From positions 3,676,809-3,740,808 of the forward strand of contig MU008158.1 in assembly GCA_010909165.1 (NCBI GenBank): a DNA stretch of 64,000 nucleotides, in the 5' to 3' direction. This document shows positions 1 through 13,020 of the stretch, one piece after another. The notes below the pieces were generated by a model, which had not been told where the DNA came from, searched no databases, and worked only from the letters and a program-made list of their open reading frames with translations. This DNA is from Anthoceros angustus. Its lineage: Eukaryota > Plantae > Anthocerotophyta. How positions within the stretch are numbered: the stretch's first letter is position 1; each line of letters starts with the position of its first letter. The position numbers were made by a program, and so were the translations under genes.

Positions 1-3
1 GCC

Positions 4-3000
4 ATGGAGGAGGATGGCGATGCAGCAGAGTTGCTGCAGCGGGTCCAGCAGGCGCTGGTGGGCGGGGGCTACTACCGCGCAGGCATCTCCTCGCTCTCCG
101 CCTTTGACAAGCTCACGGGGGGCCTGGCCTGGTGCATCACTGCCTCCAACGTGGATGTGGACTTCGACGTCTTCTTTGACGACGACGCCACCCTTGGTGA
201 AAAGATGTGTGTGCAATCTCTCCTGAACCCACCAGCAGCAATGTTGCGTGTGGGCTGATTTGTCCGAGGTTTGAGGGGGTTCGCCTAGACAGTGGTTGTG
301 GATGTCCAGCTTCTGCGGCCATGAGGTTGAGTAATTTGTGGGTCAGGAAGTGTGTCCTGAGATTATGGGTGCATACTGTGGTGATTGCAACCTGAAACTG
401 ATAATTCAAGACTTTGTCAACTCAGAAAAGTGGGAGAAGCCATCGAATCAGCCTTGCAGAGAATGGGATGCCCTTTTCCCCTACAAGCTCATCAGATCCA
501 GGGCCTGGATTTCAAGGCAGTCTTCCCAGTTGTGCAATGGCTTGTCAAGCGTGTTCAGGCTACAAGGGAGGAACGGGGTGATCTGGTTGGTGTCCAGATG
601 GGTCAGAATTAAGCTAGATGGATGTATTGGACCCCCTATAGATTTCAATGTCTAATTCTCTGACATTCTTTACCAGGAAGCTTCACTGACCTTTTGTATG
701 TTGGCAGCTTCGGAGATATGCTCTTTTCTGGTTTCGTGAGCATTATGACCTGCCTGAGGAAGTATGTTCTCAGTCTTCCAGGCTGTTATTGGTGCAGAGC
801 TTTCAAGGCTGATTGGCTTCTGGTTTATTGCCTTACGTCGTGGTGGATGTTTCACCAGCATAATTCTGGTGTTCTCATGTGAACCAGGCAAGATTTAACA
901 CTGCACCCTCTCAGAGGACACGTCGCCTGTACCGTCGTGCCAGGTATGTTGTGTCACTCGTTTTCCAGCCAATTCTATTGTGACAGTGTAATCTTTACTG
1001 TGTTTGTTGTTTTTGAAGTTGTAGCTTATTGTTTCTGATTGCTGCTGATGGTTTACTTTCCTAGAAATACACCACCTCCAGCTAATCGCATGGACCGGGT
1101 TCGATCTACTTTGCTAGAGTATGGTCATCAGATACCTAGGTAGGTCTGCATTTTTGTTGCTCAGGTAGCAGCGGAAGCTCTCTGTCCATTTTCCCATAGG
1201 TATCGTGTAATGTGTGTTTGACAATGTGCCTGTGATTCAGAATTGACATGGCTGACGTAGAGCAGCCTGTGCTAGAAGAGTGGACAGAATCAGAAGACCT
1301 GCAGTTGTCAACACATGGAGCTCTTGGCAGTGTATGTCAACTATACTGCAGGTACATCTTTGACTGATCTGTTCCCATTATGTCCGCTTGAACTTCCGTT
1401 CTTCTTGCAGGCCGTTCATCTTGCTGATTTCCGACAGCTACTGGGAACCCTCTCGAAGGCCAATGATGGAACTTTATCTGGTCGAACAGTGTAAGCTATT
1501 CCGATTACTGTATGTGCGTTTTGGAAGGGTTCCCGAGTCTTCATATGTTGGAAGAATGTAGTTTCTTTCGCACTGAGAGCCTTTCTTCCTTCATTCTGGC
1601 AGGCGCCGCATTGTAGAACTAGGGTCAGAGGACATTCATGCTGCGTCATCAAAGTACTCTCAACCAACTGCAGGGAGCAATGCAGACCAACACCAGGCAT
1701 GTGCTCAGTGAATTGTTGCAATTTTAGTGTGGCGACTATTTGAAGAACTCAAGAATGACATTCAGTAGCATGAAAAAAAGGTACACAATTCTGATTAGTT
1801 TTGTTTTGATGGCCAGCAAATTACAACACTCAATAGACAGATAGATTTGCAGAGAGAGCGCATCGAACGTCTCGATGCTGAGCAGGAGTCATGGGGCCAG
1901 AAATTTGAGACTGCTGCACAATCATTGAGAAAGCAGGTGTGTTGCTGGCCAGGAACGTTGAGGTGAATTTTTGTACTGCTGTTTGACGATGCGGTAGCAT
2001 GCGTTTACAGACATGTCCTCCTGTGCAAGTTTCGAGTATTGAGCAGCTATGTGCCTGCTGCTGTAATGCTTAGGGTGGCAGGATGAGCGCAACACTCAGC
2101 TGCAGGAATCGATTGAAAAATTACAAGCAGAAGTGGATGCTGCAAAAGCTGGTGGAATTGTGCGGAAGCTGATATCTCAGTTGCAGCAGTTGGCGGTCTG
2201 TATCCTCTGACCGATGACCTGCATTCCACAATGTCACGTGATTTGTCTTGAACTGAACGTGACGAGCAGCCTACTGATCTATCAACCTGGCCTACAGATG
2301 CTGGAAAAACAAGAGAACCAGTTCCGTATTGACTGTCGAAAGCAACGAGCTAACCTCTTATCTACCATACGACAGTTGCGGGAGCAGGCTGCAAACTCTG
2401 CTGAAGACACTGACCGTTCTGCAGAAATTGATGCCACATACAAAGCGGATTTGGAAAAGCTGAGATTATTGCGAGTTGTATGTCGAACGACCCCAGCATT
2501 TTATGTACTACAGGTGTTTGTGTGGGCAATGTTTAGTCTCAGTGACAAATTCGAAGCTGTGCAGGAGTTGGCGAGCAAGAGTCGAGCAGTGGCCCTACTT
2601 CAGAGGCGAATGGATGATATGCCCACACAGTCTGAGCTTATTCAGTATGTCTACCTTACAGCAGTTCTATGCTCGTTATGTGGCCAGATGAAACACAATA
2701 GTTTTCATCTCCCATGTGACGGATGCTTTCTTGACACGGTCTTCATCTGCGATTATCTGCAGATACGAGAGGCGTTTTGTAGAGCTGTTTGTTCACATCC
2801 AGGTAAGGGTGACATGTGCCTGTTTTTCTTAGCAATAGTGTAGCTCAACCCGGTGACTGCTGTTGCTAACAGTACGAAGTGGGGTGAAATGTATCAGGGG
2901 AAATTGCGGGAGACAAGAAAATATTTTGGAACGTACAATGCCCTGGCTGAAGCTCATGAAATGACCGTCAAAGAGATTTCTCTTTTGAATTCCATACATT

Positions 3001-3525
3001 CCCAGGTATCCAACGTAGTAGTCAGCTTCCACAAGCACGCTGTGAGTGTCTGTCCTGCATCTGACCTTGGTTTTCCAGTGCAGTTTGATGCTGCGATGTT
3101 GACAGCCGGAGGCCGTGCCAAGTTCCTTGAGTCCATGGAGGGAATCGCAAAGGGAGTCCAACAGGTTCATCCCTGTCTCTTCTGTTGAACTGCTGCAGTG
3201 TGGCCCATTTGAAGGATATGTCCTCCTTCCTAACTTGTGATGCATGTGCAGAAACTGGACAAGATTGTCAAACGATTCCAGACAGAGCAAGCTACGTATG
3301 CAAGCTTAAAAGAGAAGCATGCTGCACTCATCGCTCAACAGCGGCAATATGTGGCACTCATCAAAGCCTTTCAGGTAAATACTGTATGAAAACGTGTGCT
3401 GCGACACCTTCTCTGCAAGGAGATTGTGATCTTTATCCTGCTTTGGAATACAGGAAGAGTGTGCTCGGAACGAGAAGCTGCACGCGCTTGTGGAGCAACG
3501 AGGCCATCCTCCGAGTGAGAGCTAG
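4..3525 (+). CDS. CCDC93: Coiled-coil domain-containing protein 93 homolog (CCC/Commander complex), multi-exon
   Basis: N-terminal GGYYRAGISSLSAFDKLTGGLAWCI, then CPFPLQAHQIQGLDF..VFPVVQWLVKRV. C-terminal DMPTQSELIQY-ERRFVEL and ETRKYFGTYN. Last exon 3454-3525 reads EECARNEKL...SES*. Many GT-AG introns. Confidence 0.9.
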
Positions 3526-4602
3526 TTCTACGTACTATACATGTGTGACTGTGGATGGGCATGTGACAACTAGCTTATGTTGAAGATATGGTAACGAGGG
3601 ACTGCGTCTTGGATCACTCGAACATTTTGTGGAACCCATCTTGAACTTCCAACTTCATCAGGAGGACGAGACACGTTGAGCTCTCGAGATACATACATAT
3701 TTGGGGTGGCCGCAACTGTCGGGACTGGGGACTCCAGCACTGCATATGTCATTTGTCACTGTGAAAATCTACTAATCGCGTGCCCAGGACTGGGAAAGTT
3801 CGTTGCGTTCCCAACGTGTGACGCACCGCACAAAACGCTGCACACAATCTGTGCCCTGACATCGCTGTCCAATCAAAACACGCAGATCTCATGATTCTTG
3901 CTTTAGACTAACTGTGGTTCAAGCTCAAGCCGTCCCGCTCCAGTGCAGGAACGGCCTACCTGGTAAGAAAGCGAAATCCTAGCTGCTTTCTGGATGTTTA
4001 CATCTGGAAAGCGTTGGTTCAAAGGAACAGCAGACCCTGCTGCCGTCACACATCATCACTCTTGCTCGCGACAGCTCCTGACAGCTTATCAGTGTACCGT
4101 CTAGAAGTTTAGAACAAGCCGCCTGGCAAATGTGCCGCGACGCCTACCAGCCCCCTACACTCCTGCATTCCTGCATTCCTACATTGAATCGAAGAGTCGT
4201 GGAAACTCCGCGGTAACGATGTGGTCACAGGCAGTTGTGAGCCGTGCTGGGCAGGAGTTCTGAATAGTCTACATTTTGCGAGTACGGCCTCGTGCCCTCC
4301 CTGGCTGGTACTGGAGAATCGGGCACTTGCCATCTTGTCCGGCAAGTTGGGCTTCTATGCGCCAGCCTTTGCAGCTCCTGATCCGTTTCCCGGAAACGGC
4401 GCATTCTGATTGCTGCCTCGACCTTCGGGTAGCATACTGTACAAGAGTGAAGAGGCTGCATGAGGAGAGGACAATCGGAATCAGCTGACCAGCCAGGGTC
4501 AAGTCGTACAGCGATTGCTGTGCACGTGGAGTGCTGAGCTCGGTATGTCTCGAATTTGAGCATCCTGCTTCGCTCTAACCAGGCTGGAGGGCTCCTTCCC
4601 AC

Positions 4603-6845
4603 ATGGGTTGGGTTATTAGTTCTGGCAACGTGGGAAGCATACTTTTAGTGTCAGCCCGCCTACTCCAGCTCTGCTCCGCAACCCGGTACCAAGTAGTACA
4701 GGGCAAGGGGTGGAATGCCGGTCTTAGACTAAAGGAGACGGAGGCATGGGCTGCCAGCATCAAGCTTGTGCCCTACGACATCCGCTTCAGGGGCTGATGT
4801 GGTGCAGCTGGCAAATCCTGGGCCGTACTACTTCATCTGCGGGCTCAAAAGCTACTGTGCTGAAGGAGTGAAGGTGGCCGTGGAGGTGCACGTTTCCAGC
4901 CAGGACGAGTCTCAGCCGCCAGCAGCCCCTCAGAGAAGCAAGCCCTCCCACAAGAAGGCACTGATTGCAGGTGTCACCGTTGCTGGAGTTTTGGGTCTGC
5001 TGGTCGCAGCAGGGATCATGTTCTTTTGCCTGGGGTGCAAATGTGTGCGACATGATATTCAGCCCAAACCTCTCACGAGCGACACACAAAGCAGTGGAAC
5101 ATGTAAGCAAGCAAGCTCTAAGTTTGAGCTGGCCAGCATGGCTGCAGTCCTGCTTGCTGAGCGTGATCTGCTTGGCTCTCAGCTATCTTGTCTGGAATGC
5201 AGATGGTCCTAGCAGTGGCTCCAGTGGGCCGTCGAAAGGCGGCTCCGTCGCTTCCAGTCATCCCAGACCTGTCCTGGATACTTGGCATGTGAGGCCCTAC
5301 ACTCTTTCCCAGGTGAAGGAGATCACTGTAAATTTTGAGACGAAGATCGGTCGAGGTGGCTTCGGCCCTGTGTTCTACGGGAAGCTGAATGATGGCCAAG
5401 AAGTTGCAGTCAAAGTTTGCTCGAAAGATTCCCAACAAGGGGAGGGGGAGTTCATCAACGAGGTGACCATATTCTTCCCTTCTGTGATCACCATGCTCTG
5501 CAGGTCACCGGGACAAGCAGGCTTACACGGGATGTGTTGGTCTATACGTGTGGCAGGTGAAACTTCTGTCAAGGGTTCACCATAAGAACATCGTTCCTCT
5601 AGTTGGTTACTGCCAAGAGGACAAGGAGCAGATTTTGATGTACGAGTTCATGCACGGTGGTGATTTGCAAAACCGGCTGCAGGGTACATATGTTGTTAAA
5701 TTTTTACAATCACTCAAAACTAGTACCCTGAGTAGAAAGTTGTGAAATTGCTATGACTCTGAATGTTTCAAGCTGACCAATGAAGCAGACCTTTGCTTGG
5801 TGATATGCAGGCCCATCTGCAATAAGCAATCCTTTAGCTTGGAGAGAGAGACTGGGCATAGCTCTGGATGCCGCTAGAGGTATGTTGAACACTACGCGTT
5901 CATGTCAAAAGCCAATCGTGGTATTACCCTACCTACTCCTGGTGACGTGTTAATTTTGTTGCAGGTATGGAATACCTGCATACAGGTCTTGAACAACCTA
6001 TTATTCACCGAGACATCAAAAGTAGCAACATCCTGCTCACTCGCAATCGCGCAGCCAAGGTGGCAGACTTTGGTCTCTCAAAACTGGCTGCTTCGGAACA
6101 TTGCTCGCCTATCACAACCCATGTCAAAGGAACTGTTGGATATCTGGACCCCGAGTACGCCTAGCTGTTGGCTGTCTTTCTCCTAGAGTTAGCAAAACTG
6201 TGGCTCGCCCAGCTTGCCGATGTTTGCTCTCAGAGTTGGCATAGGACTTATACTCTATATGATTTGTGGTGGCAGTTACTTTCTCACCACGCAGTTGACA
6301 GAAAGAAGCGATGTTTACAGCTTTGGGGTACTTCTGCTGGAGCTCATATCTGGCCGTCCCCCGATATTCAAAGTGACTCCAGGAACCAACATCGGCATTG
6401 TCCAGTGGGTAAGACCGGTTTGCTCAGTTCCTACGACCCACTCACGGTCTCTCTTTTCCCTGACAATGAACTGCAACAGGTGAAGCAGGGTTTACAGAAT
6501 GGGAACATCGAAGAAATCGTGGACCCACTGTTGCAAGGGGACTTCGACGTCGAGTCTGTGTGGAAGCTCACGGAAACAGCTCTTCAGTGTGTAGATATTG
6601 AGCGCAACAGCAGACCCAGCATGAGTGCTGTGGTGAGAGAGCTGAAGCAAGCTTTTAACATCGAATTGGGCATGGCCACGTCGGATAGAAGTACCGCCAT
6701 TTCATTGTTCTTGACCCGAGCGGCTTCAAATGGGCCTCCCAACTGGAGTTCAGGGAGACCAACTGCCTTCGCCATCCCTTTCGGGTCACCGGATGAGGCC
6801 ATGTCTAGTGAGGCTCAGTCCCTGAGTCAACCCAGTGCGAGATGA
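4603..6845 (+). CDS. Receptor-like Ser/Thr kinase with phytocyanin (plastocyanin-like) ectodomain; ectodomain frameshifted near 4765
   Basis: Signal-like N-terminus, then [19 protein letters not shown] and [33 protein letters not shown] (phytocyanin pattern). TM segment [22 protein letters not shown]. Kinase motifs [21 protein letters not shown] and [10 protein letters not shown] are spread over exons. Confidence 0.8.
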
Positions 6846-8112
6846 AATCTGAGATGGAGAAATAATGGGTACAAGCCACTTCTTCCCTTTCCAGCTAAAA
6901 TTGTTTCCTCTAGTGTACCTACACACGAACTGGGCTAGGGACCAACCAGCTTCAACAAGCTATGCCTGGGTTTCGCGGACAGGGCCGTGAGATGCTCCCA
7001 TCCCTAGAGTGACCAACCAGCTCGAAGCCGTTTTCCGCATCCCCTTTGATTCTCCTTTGTCCCTTGCATCCCCCATGATGAGTGTCCAATGTTCATGTGC
7101 TTTCATAAAGCAGATTGAATGGAGTGCCATCTGTGGACTTGGCAATCCTTTTTCTTCCCTCCTTCTTGATCAGGAGACCCACAATCATGTACAAGTGTTC
7201 CAGAGGCACCATCAATGACAGTCCATTTATGCAATCACGTCTGCAGGTTCTGAATAATGGAAATTGAAGAAGAAGGGGGTGAGGATCGTAATGAGAAGGT
7301 GGAGATCGGAGCATGTAGGACAACAAGGAACGAGACGGACCCACATTAATGCGGACAAGGTCAACTGCTGTTTCTGACATTCTCCACAGTGGCAGGCTTA
7401 TGGGCCGCAGTATCCTTGGCTCGGCTTTGTCTGCTTGCTCAAAACAGACCGCGATGAGAGTGATGTTCGTAATATCACAGCACTCCTTATCCATGGATTT
7501 GATACATGTGTAGCAGCTTTGAGTTGACCTGGATCCATGGAGCTTGTATGTATCTAGATTGCAGGAGGGCTCGCTTAAGGCGAGACGGGGCCCACGGCCA
7601 CCCACTTGCATCCTCCCGAGAGCCGCCGCACGTCCCTACCTGCATTCCAGAATTGTTAAATGGAATCGCCTTCTCTGTTGCGCGGATTCCTCACTGCCTG
7701 CGGCCTGCGGCCTGCCACGGCCAGTGCCCACCAGCCCGATTTGACATGAATTCCAGCGCCGAGGGTATTATTGCCCTCACGGATGCCCCGTTCACTTCCA
7801 TATAGGGCTCCCTCCCGATATTAAGCCTGCTCCCCTTCCAGACATGTCGGCCTCGGATTCCTGAACGAATCTGGCCCACTCAGACCATTGGAAAGCCCCT
7901 TCCTCCTCCTGGGCCCATGCTCCTATTTCCGCACGCCATCTCTGCACCCACACTCAGAACCGCAACATGATCTTGACGTCTGGCAGCTATCCCACCCCGT
8001 TGCCTAGAGGTAGGCAGCCAGGAGCGAGACTCCAGTTTGCTCGTGCACATTAGGAGATCACACCCTGTGGGCGCCCCCCGGATGCATATGGCTCCCCTCC
8101 CATAGCCCACCA

Positions 8113-10692
8113 ATGGCCGGTGCCCAGCAACTCAGGGTAGCCCTGGCTTGCCTCTCAATCATCCTGGCCGCCCGAGTCTGCGCAAACATTCCAGGTACGA
8201 GCAAGCTCCAAATGCAACTCCTGATGGTGAAGTTCCAGGTCATGAATGTTCTCCCTTTAACACCTTCCAGTGCACGGAATGCCATGAAATTCTTCCTACA
8301 GGATTCACAAGCCTGGACTGCGGCGGCGCCCAGAGCTTCAACAGCACGACCGGGATTCAGTGGGAACCCGACAGCAGCTTCATCGCCACCGGCATCCCTG
8401 TCAATCTCTCCTCCTTCCTGCCTGCAGCCAGGCTGCAGAGCCTGCCTCCGGAGCTCCGCACTCTGCGAAGCTTCCCTCCTTCTTCCTCGCCCCGGAAGAA
8501 CTGCTTCACCCTGCCCACGGATTCCGGCAAGGTGTACCTTGTCAGAACCGGATTCTTCCACGGGACGAAGCCGGCACCGGCCTTCGCCCTGTCCATCGGC
8601 GCCACAGCCTGGACCACCGTCTCCCCTTCCGAGAGCTTCCAGGAAACCGCGGCCTACCACGAGGCCATCTCCTATGCACCCACCGGGAGCCTGGCCGTCT
8701 GCCTCCTGCGCCTCCGAGACCAGGACGCCCCCTTCATCAATTCGCTGGAGCTCCGAAGCATGCTGCCCGGGGCCTACGCTCTTCCAGCCGTGGCTGGCGT
8801 GAATCTCAACCTCATCCAGCGGACCAATTTCGGGGGACCCTTCACACGGTATGCCTGCCTTGGCCGATGCAATGGCGAAGCTTCCTGGAGGCTGGTTGCT
8901 CATCAATGGTCGCCTTCGTCTTCCTCTCCCTCCTGCTGCAGGTATCCGGGGGACCCAAGAGACCGATTCTGGGCGGACTACAGGGAGTTCCCCTACATGC
9001 GGAACTACACTGTGATCAAGGCGCGTCGCAAGCGCAACGTCACCGACCCACAAGGCACGGACCAGCCACCGGATGCCGTGATGAGGACGGCGGTCTCCAG
9101 CCCGGTGGTGAGCGTCAGCATTGCGCCTCCGCTCTTTCCCGACCAGCAGATCCAGGCATACGCTTGGCTGTATTTCGCGGAGATCGACAGGCTGCGGAGA
9201 GGAGAGCGGCGGATCATCGACTGGCTGTGTGATGGAGATAAGCAGACCATCGATCTGGCGTCCTCCTTCCCCCCCTTCACCACGCTCCAGTTCGGGTACT
9301 TGGATCGGACCTTGGAAGGGAGCTTCGACTGCGTTCTGTCCCGGGACGCGGCTTCCGGGAAGGATCCGCTGCTGAATGCCATGGAGGTTTATTCCGTGCA
9401 GAAGAAGTCGGCGGGGACTTTGGCACCGCACGGTATTTTTTCTGCCCCGGTGATGTGGGGGAGGAGGCGATGTAGATTGCCTGCTGATCTTGAGCTTGAA
9501 TATTTTTGCAGGCCAAGCTCTGCAAGCCGTCAAGGATGCGTTCAGCTTGAGAGGATGGACGGGAGACCCTTGCCTTCCTGTACCCTGGGACCAGCTGAAG
9601 TGCAGCCAGGATGTTCCCAGCCGGGTCACCAGCTTGTGAGTATTCGCCTGCCAGAGCTTGCATGCAGCTCCACCCGGTTGTGTCTGGTGTTGAAGCTGAT
9701 TTCAACCATGTGAGGTGTGGCAGATGAAGAGGCTGCATACAGCAACACAGTTTTTCATCTCCTACCACGTTTCATGTGATCTTTTTGGGTGTCGCTGTTC
9801 CTTCCTCCAGAAACCTAACCTGCATGAACCTGACGGGCCTCATCCCGGATGCCATCTCCAAGTTGACGTCCTTGACGGTTCTGTGAGTGGATCCCTATCT
9901 CCTGCTCGTCCCTCAAGTTGCACGCATGTGGTGTCCGGAGTCCTGCTTCCCCAGAATCGACACTTACAAGTGCTCTACATTTCTGCTCGCAGGGACCTGA
10001 GTGGCAACCACTTCACCGGGCCGATTCCGCCCTCGTTCGCGACACTCAAATCACTGCAAATACTGTGCGTGCATGTCCTTCCACAAGTTTCTTTCTTCTT
10101 CCATGCCGTGTCCCAGCTGCCTACTAGGTGAGTGAGTGGTGCTCACATCTGTGTTCCCGGGTGAACCAGAGACTTGAGCAACAACGACCTGAGTGGAGCT
10201 TTCCCCGGCTGGCTCACGCTGAAAGCATTCCCTGGTCTGCAACACCTGTGAGCTCCATCCTCCGTGACCTCTTACCAGTCTTTCCATGCCACAGTCTCGT
10301 TTCCTAAAACCGTCGTTTCCCATCACTCCAGGTCCGTGAAGAACAACAGCTTGAATGGCACGTTCCCTGCCAATTTCATCACCACAAACGGCTTCTCTTT
10401 CGAGTACGTCCCTCCACGTGGCTCAGCTCTTTCGTCACTTCTTCACCAATCGTTTTTCTAATCCCTTTTTGTTTTGCTCATGCTCCTCAGATACTCAGGC
10501 AACGTGGACCTTTGCAGCTCCCAAGGATGCCCCCAAGTACCATCTCCTGCTCCTGCCCCGACTCCCCTTCCTCGTTCCACTGCTCTACCTGCGAGTACTC
10601 CGCCAAGTGCACATGTTTCCATGGCCTTCGCTCCAAGCCGGAGTGCCTTTCTTTTCCCATTCCTGATCTTGGTTCTGGCCTACTTTCCATAA
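8113..10692 (+). CDS. Malectin-like domain + LRR receptor-like protein, no kinase, probable GPI-anchor C-terminus
   Basis: Signal-peptide exon, GFTSLDCGG, LRSFP..KNCFTL, PFINSLELR, RYPGDPRDRFW, LLNAMEVY, GDPC motif and short LRR exons. Then a Pro/Ser/Thr linker and a hydrophobic tail AFLFPFLILVLAYFP*. Confidence 0.85.
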
Positions 10693-11419
10693 GTGACGAA
10701 ATTCCAACCCCCACAAAATTCTAACCACCTTGCCTCACCCTCTGATTCGTACGTACTCGTCTAAAGTTCACATGTTCAAACTACGTTGGTTACGGGTTTC
10801 AATTTGCCGGCATTTCAATCGAAAGTGGATCGACGACATTGTTTTATCTAATACGAAGAACAAAGATACATGTCAAAGGGATTCAGCGTCAGCACATCTC
10901 ATCTGTATCTAGGGCGGTGTCCATGTGGAGCTCATGTGGCAAGATCTGTAGGCATTAGGTTTTTCAGTGCCTGTGGTTGAGTATAGTAGGTATTAGGTCT
11001 CTTCTAGCTGTGGTTTAAAATTATACTCATGATAGTTATTACTTTCGTTTTTGTCATGTAGATTTAAGTACAACTATGTGGGAAGCTCTTGATATAGTGG
11101 GATCAAGAGGGCGCTCTTCCTATACCCTTGATGATTCATAAGAATAATATAGAAATTTATTTTAGTGTATATTATTATTATATTATCATTTTAAAGGTTG
11201 TACAAAACCAAAGAACTCACTAAGAGTTATATCATAGTTCTTTTTTCCTTTTAGTACAAAATAGCTTCATCGGAATAAAAACAAAGGTACAACATAGGCA
11301 TCACTCTTACTTGATGGATGCCAAAACGTACTCCCTTAGGAGTGACATCTAGACGTGGGAACTCCGGAGTCGAACACCCTTGAGTCTGATGGGGTGTCAT
11401 CCATCCCTTGTTATTACCA

Positions 11420-11750
11420 AAAGGCCTACAGGGTCGCCTCTTGTAGAGATCCATTGGAACTCCTCCGCCTATTGTAAAAACCCTAGCCCTACAAGGCCTC
11501 CTGTTGTAAAAACCTCATGGGGGCCTACAAGATCGCTTATTGTAAAAAGATCCATTGGAAACCCAAGCCCTACAAGGCTCCCTGTTGTAAAAGCCCTAGC
11601 CCTACAAGGGCCCGTATTATAAAACCCCTAGCCCTACAAGGGCCCGTATTATAAAAACCCTAGCCTACAAGGCCCCCTATTGAAAAAACCCTACAGGCTA
11701 GCCTGTCATAAAAACCCTACAGGGCTGCCTATTGTAAAAGCCCTACGGAG
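11420..11750. repeat. Degenerate tandem repeat, unit ~30 bp (CCCTACAAGG...TTGTAAAA)
   Basis: About 10 imperfect copies of ccctacaagg(g)ccc..tattgtaaaa are visible directly. Confidence 0.8.
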
Positions 11751-13020
11751 CTACTTTGAATTAAATCCAGGATCATGTTCAATATACAAACATATTAAGA
11801 CAATGGAGGAGAAGAGAAAAAGAAGAATGTTACCAAAGTCCACTAAGGACAACATTCTAGCCATGGGATAGGAAGAAAAACAAATCACTTAAAAAAGTAG
11901 AGTTCCAGTTCCGTAGGGAGGCTATGGCTTTGGGCACCCCTTCCTCGAAAATTTATTTTTTTTAATTGGAAAAATTTCAACATGTATCAAAATAATTTTT
12001 GTGTTTTCAACAAAAAAATAGAATATTTTCTTTGAATTGGGCACTTTTTATATAAGTGCCTAATACGTACATGATCCTCATTATTTTTCAAGAGATAAGA
12101 CCTACATATGATTAGTCTATATCTTACGGTTTTTAAATCCTATTTATATAAATTAAACTAATAAACCCTTCAAAAAAACTCAACAAAGTATTTAGGTCTA
12201 GAAGACTACCTACCTCTAGGTATTTTCAAAACATTTTCATACTTTGGCCTTCTTGCTTACCAAAGATGGCTAGCACTAAGTAACCTTTGATTATGTCCAT
12301 ATCAAACAAGTGTGTAAAAAAGAGCAAGATTAGCAATTGAATAAGGAAACAAAAGCATTGGCAACAATTGCCAATGTTTCAGTTTCCGTCCCCAAGTCAC
12401 TCAAAAGAGCTGTTGGAAAGGCGAAGAAGGACGAATTGCAAGCTTTTTGTGGATGCATGAACACCAACCTTGAAGAGAAGGATCAAGCAAGAAGAGAAAA
12501 GCACTTCCAAAAAAGGAAGAGACTGAAGGAAAAGAGAGAGGAAAGTACATGAATTGGTTAGGATGATATTTCTTTGATGGGATAAGAAGAAAAGAAACTC
12601 AAGTTGATTTGGGACATATTGCATCCAGGATTGTATGACTCACGGCTGAATTCTCATTTGAATATATTAATCTAATCAAAAGGTTTTTATATGATATCAT
12701 AGGGTGCTCGAGATCCTATCTCCGTACTTATTTGTACTCTATATACGATGCGACCTGAAGTAGTAATTTATATAAAAGGGGAGGCCTGTATGTAAGGACA
12801 AGAAAGCCCGAGAGGATTTGCTGAAGAGCCGTGATGCCGAAATTTCCTCACAGAGACTGAACGACCGAACCGGTCACGACCTTGCTAGGCGAACTCGCAG
12901 GCTCTGGGACGTTCAACATATTGGGCCACGAACTGTTAGTGACGGCTGGAATCTCGGACCGCGTGGTGATGGACTGCGTTGCTGCGGTCTGAAGACCGCC
13001 TGGAAATTGGTAACCTCCCG

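Noticed and set aside
8058-9629. 523-aa minus-strand ORF
   Set aside because: Antisense shadow of the GC-rich malectin exons on the + strand; no recognisable motifs.
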